DNA of 28,130 bases from a virus (taxonomy: Duplodnaviria; Caudoviricetes), in IMG/VR virus record IMGVR_UViG_3300038673_000987, positions 1 to 28,130 of that record; one strand, written 5' to 3'. Below the pieces are notes generated by a model. The model saw nothing but the letters and a program-made list of their open reading frames with translations, had not been told where the DNA came from and searched no databases. Position 1 is the first letter of the stretch. The number at the start of each line of letters is the position of its first letter. Positions 25,125 through 28,130 of the stretch are shown here, one piece after another. The position numbers and the translations under genes are program-made.

Positions 25125-26629
25125 AGCTGCTCTCTTTCCAGGGCGAAGTCATGCGGCGCTGGCGCGAGTTCGGTCTGCTCTTGCTTCTATGGCGACGGCA
25201 GGCCGGCAAAACCACCCTTTTCGCATGGATCGCGCTCCGGTGGATGCTCGAAATGCCAGGCTGTCTTGTCACCTTCGTCTCCGCATCCCTTTCGGTCGGC
25301 CGCGAAGTGACTGAACGCGTTGCCTCGCTGTTCTGGGTAATCCTATCCGCAATGCGCGAACAAGTGCAGGCGCAGGGGCTTAAACTGGAAACCAACGCAG
25401 ACGGCCTCAGTGAACAGGAGTATGTGGACCTGTTTGCATCCGGGCGGCTGGAAGTGCGTGTATGGCACAGCCAAACAATATGCTCACGCCTGAAGGTCAT
25501 AGCTCCCAACCCGGCCACGGCGCGCGGCTACACCGGGTTTGTCCTCCTGGATGAAATAGGATGGATCGGTGCGTTCCGTGAGCTATGGGATGCAGTCGAA
25601 TGGATCGCCGCGCGCGACCCCTCGTTTAGGGTACTCATGGCGACAACACCGCCCGCGGATGATGCGCATTATTCCTACGAATTGGCGGTTCCGCCTGAAG
25701 GCATAGCCTTCGACGTTAACCCTTTCGGGAACTGGTACGTCTCACAGGCCGGCGTGCAAATACACCGTGTGGACGTGCATGATGCCTATGCTGCCGGTGT
25801 TAAGATTTTCGATACACGAACACGGGAAGAAGTCTCTCCTGAAGAATCGCGGCGCCGCGCGCTCGATAAAGACAACTGGGACCGAAACATGGCCCTGAAG
25901 TTCTTGTCGGGAAGCGCAGCCGCATGCAGCCTGATGAGTCTCGCAAACGCCATGATTGCCGGGCGCGCCCTGTGCCTTTGTTCCGAAGGCGACTTCCCGC
26001 CAGCTTGGAAAGACCGGCTCGGCGATGGACATATCTGTATAGGGTACGACCTGGCAACAACCGAGAAACAGAAGTCAAACCCATCATCGCTCACTGTGCT
26101 TGAGAAAGCAGGCTCTCGCTATATTGCGCGACTCATCACCCGCTTCAAGACTTCTGACAACGATAAAGCCCTTGCCATGTTGGAAGAAGCTGTTGACTTG
26201 GGCGAGGGTCGCCGTCCCCGGCGACTCGTGGTTGACGGGACATCAGAGCGTTACTTCGCGGACAAGGTCAAAAAACATTTTCTCGGACGCGTGCCGGTTG
26301 AAATCGTCGTGTCCTCAGAGTCCTTCCCTGGCGAGGAAATGAATTACAAAACCTATTTGGGCAACCAATTGGTGAACGCTCTCGAAGACAACCAAATTCT
26401 CTTGCCCGAAGCAAAATGGGTCAAAGACGACTGGCGTCTCGTATTTAAGGAGCGCGGTCTCTTCATGAACCAGTTGGACAACGCAGGAAACCACGGCGAC
26501 ACGTTCGACTCTACGAAACTGGCCCTCCACGGCTTCTTCACAGGCGGGCCTGTGGAGGCTGCGGCCGCAGGCGCTACGGCCGTTCCAGGCACTAAAAACT
26601 GGGCGCATTCTGGGGCTGTTCTTGTGTGA
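25121..26629 (+). CDS. terL: Terminase large subunit (Mu gp28-like, 502 aa)
   Basis: WRRQAGKTT Walker A, NPATARG, VLLDE Walker B, nuclease IGYDLA and HGDTFDS. Confidence 0.93.
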   Translation: MKLLSFQGEVMRRWREFGLLLLLWRRQAGKTTLFAWIALRWMLEMPGCLVTFVSASLSVGREVTERVASLFWVILSAMREQVQAQGLKLETNADGLSEQEYVDLFASGRLEVRVWHSQTICSRLKVIAPNPATARGYTGFVLLDEIGWIGAFRELWDAVEWIAARDPSFRVLMATTPPADDAHYSYELAVPPEGIAFDVNPFGNWYVSQAGVQIHRVDVHDAYAAGVKIFDTRTREEVSPEESRRRALDKDNWDRNMALKFLSGSAAACSLMSLANAMIAGRALCLCSEGDFPPAWKDRLGDGHICIGYDLATTEKQKSNPSSLTVLEKAGSRYIARLITRFKTSDNDKALAMLEEAVDLGEGRRPRRLVVDGTSERYFADKVKKHFLGRVPVEIVVSSESFPGEEMNYKTYLGNQLVNALEDNQILLPEAKWVKDDWRLVFKERGLFMNQLDNAGNHGDTFDSTKLALHGFFTGGPVEAAAAGATAVPGTKNWAHSGAVLV

Positions 26630-26636
26630 GGTTAAC

Positions 26637-28130
26637 ATGAATATTCTACAATCACTCAAAAACAAGTTCACAGGCAAGGGTCCTCGGACTGTCGTTAACA
26701 GTCGCTACGAGCCTGAGACATGGACAGAATGGCTCGATGTTGATCGTGTCGGAATGGCTATCCGCGCTGCGCGCGGCGGATCTGTTCAGGCCCTTTTCGC
26801 ATTGTACCGCGATATCGTCGTCACCGATTCGCACATCCAAACCGAGCTTTTCAAGCGGAAGTTGGCTGTGCTTGGCGAACCCTTTTCCCTTAACGCCTAC
26901 GATAAAAAAGTCACTGCAGATAAAGTCGCATCTGACTACTGCGAAACATCCATATATGAGTTGAAGTCCTCATGGAGAGTTGCGTGTGGACACATCCTTG
27001 ACGGTGTACTTTGGCCGGTGTCTGTTGTCGAGAAGGTCTACCGCGCGGACGGCGGCAGATTCATCCTGTCTCAGTTGATTCCAGTCCCTCACCACTTGCT
27101 CGACTTTTCAGAAGGCCGCCTTATGATCCGCGACACTGGGCCTGATGGGGAACCTCTTGACACACTCCATGAGCCGGACCCTGAGTCTTATATAGTCCAC
27201 CGGGGCCACTTACTCACAGTGCCGGACAATTACGGCGGCCCAATGCGCTCCTTGATCTACTGGTGGCTGGCATCCATGATGTCGCGCGACTGGTGGGCGC
27301 GATTCCTTGACCGCTACGGCATGCCCTTTCTGGTCGGGAAATATGAGGCTGGGAACAACACCGATCGTAACGTTCTGATGGGCGCATTCAGCGCATCAAA
27401 GAAGTTGTTCGGTTTGGCTGTTTCAAAAAACACGGAAGTCGAAATAATTGAGGCCGCGAGAAGCGGAGCGGATTGTTATGACCGTTTCATTGCTGTCTGC
27501 AACCGTGAAAAGTCCAAGCTTATCCTGGGGCAGACCCTTTCCGCTCAAACCGACGCGACAGGCCAAGGTTCAGGTGTCGCCGATCTGCAGGCAGAGGTCC
27601 GTGACGACATTCGCCGCTTCGACGCATCTCTCTTGGGCGAGACGATTAGGGACCAACTCTTAACCCAAATGTGCCGCCTGGGGAATCTTTCCGGCTCTAT
27701 TCCTTATATAGTATGGGGTTCGGATAGGCCTGAAGAGATAAAGGCAACGGCGGACTTGCTTGTATCCTTTAACAATGCAGGGCTGGAACTCGACGATGCC
27801 GGTATCGAGGTTTTGACAGAGCGGTCCGGCCTGTCGCTGCGCCGAAAGGCACAACCCAGCGGGATGTTCACGTTGGCCGCGAAATCAGATGGGCACCTCC
27901 AACAGGTAGACGCGCTTTCATCCGACCGTTCTGCAGGTCTATCGCGAGCGCTCCGCGGGTTCCCTGCGGACGCTGCGCGAATCATCCGCGAATCCTCGAC
28001 AGCGGCAGAATGTATCGAGCGCCTCGAAGCATTGTACGCGGACGCCGCACCGAGAAAAGCGGCCGCGATAATCGAGGATGCAATGGCCATTCACGCCGCA
28101 CTCGCGCTCTCAAAATCAAAGGGTTCCTGA
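26637..28130 (+). CDS. Portal protein (Mu gp29/DUF935-like, 497 aa)
   Basis: DSHIQTELFKRKLAV, WARFLDRYGMPFLVGKY, SKLILGQTLS, QAEVRDDI. Confidence 0.93.
   Translation: MNILQSLKNKFTGKGPRTVVNSRYEPETWTEWLDVDRVGMAIRAARGGSVQALFALYRDIVVTDSHIQTELFKRKLAVLGEPFSLNAYDKKVTADKVASDYCETSIYELKSSWRVACGHILDGVLWPVSVVEKVYRADGGRFILSQLIPVPHHLLDFSEGRLMIRDTGPDGEPLDTLHEPDPESYIVHRGHLLTVPDNYGGPMRSLIYWWLASMMSRDWWARFLDRYGMPFLVGKYEAGNNTDRNVLMGAFSASKKLFGLAVSKNTEVEIIEAARSGADCYDRFIAVCNREKSKLILGQTLSAQTDATGQGSGVADLQAEVRDDIRRFDASLLGETIRDQLLTQMCRLGNLSGSIPYIVWGSDRPEEIKATADLLVSFNNAGLELDDAGIEVLTERSGLSLRRKAQPSGMFTLAAKSDGHLQQVDALSSDRSAGLSRALRGFPADAARIIRESSTAAECIERLEALYADAAPRKAAAIIEDAMAIHAALALSKSKGS

Larger units (their letters stand above)
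1..28130. mobile_element. Mu-like transposable prophage (siphovirus-type tail), partial
   Basis: Transposase A, B, Gam and gp26-29, F, G, I, gp36 homologues all present; ends not visible. Confidence 0.92.

Noticed and set aside
1-28130. Mu ends, invertase/invertible segment, mom, tail sheath, tRNA
   Set aside because: None recognised; the window starts and ends exactly at stop codons, so the ends probably lie outside it

Overview
Most of a Mu-like transposable prophage with a long non-contractile tail, clipped at gene boundaries at both window ends; no phage ends are visible. Left arm, minus strand: tail module (tape measure, chaperone, tube, terminator, gp36-like adaptor) and head module (capsid, I/Z protease-scaffold, gpG, gpF). 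Centre: leftward early operon (two Ner/Cro-like HTH paralogs, DUF3102-like, transposase A, ATPase B, Gam, GemA-like, small ORFs), opposite a rightward repressor and accessory genes. Right: a leftward three-gene operon (BppU-like fibre with a serine protease, Mtd_N-like fibre, ECF-like sigma factor), then a divergent rightward packaging module (gp25-like, permuted NlpC/P60, gp26, gp27/TerS, TerL, portal). Most notable: (1) apparent virion proteins carry export signal peptides; (2) a small integron attC-like array without an integrase sits at the early/head junction; (3) the late operon is split, with portal and gpF about 17 kb apart on opposite strands; (4) a phage sigma factor is present and no Mor/C activator was recognised. 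All family calls come from reading motifs by eye, not from database searches.
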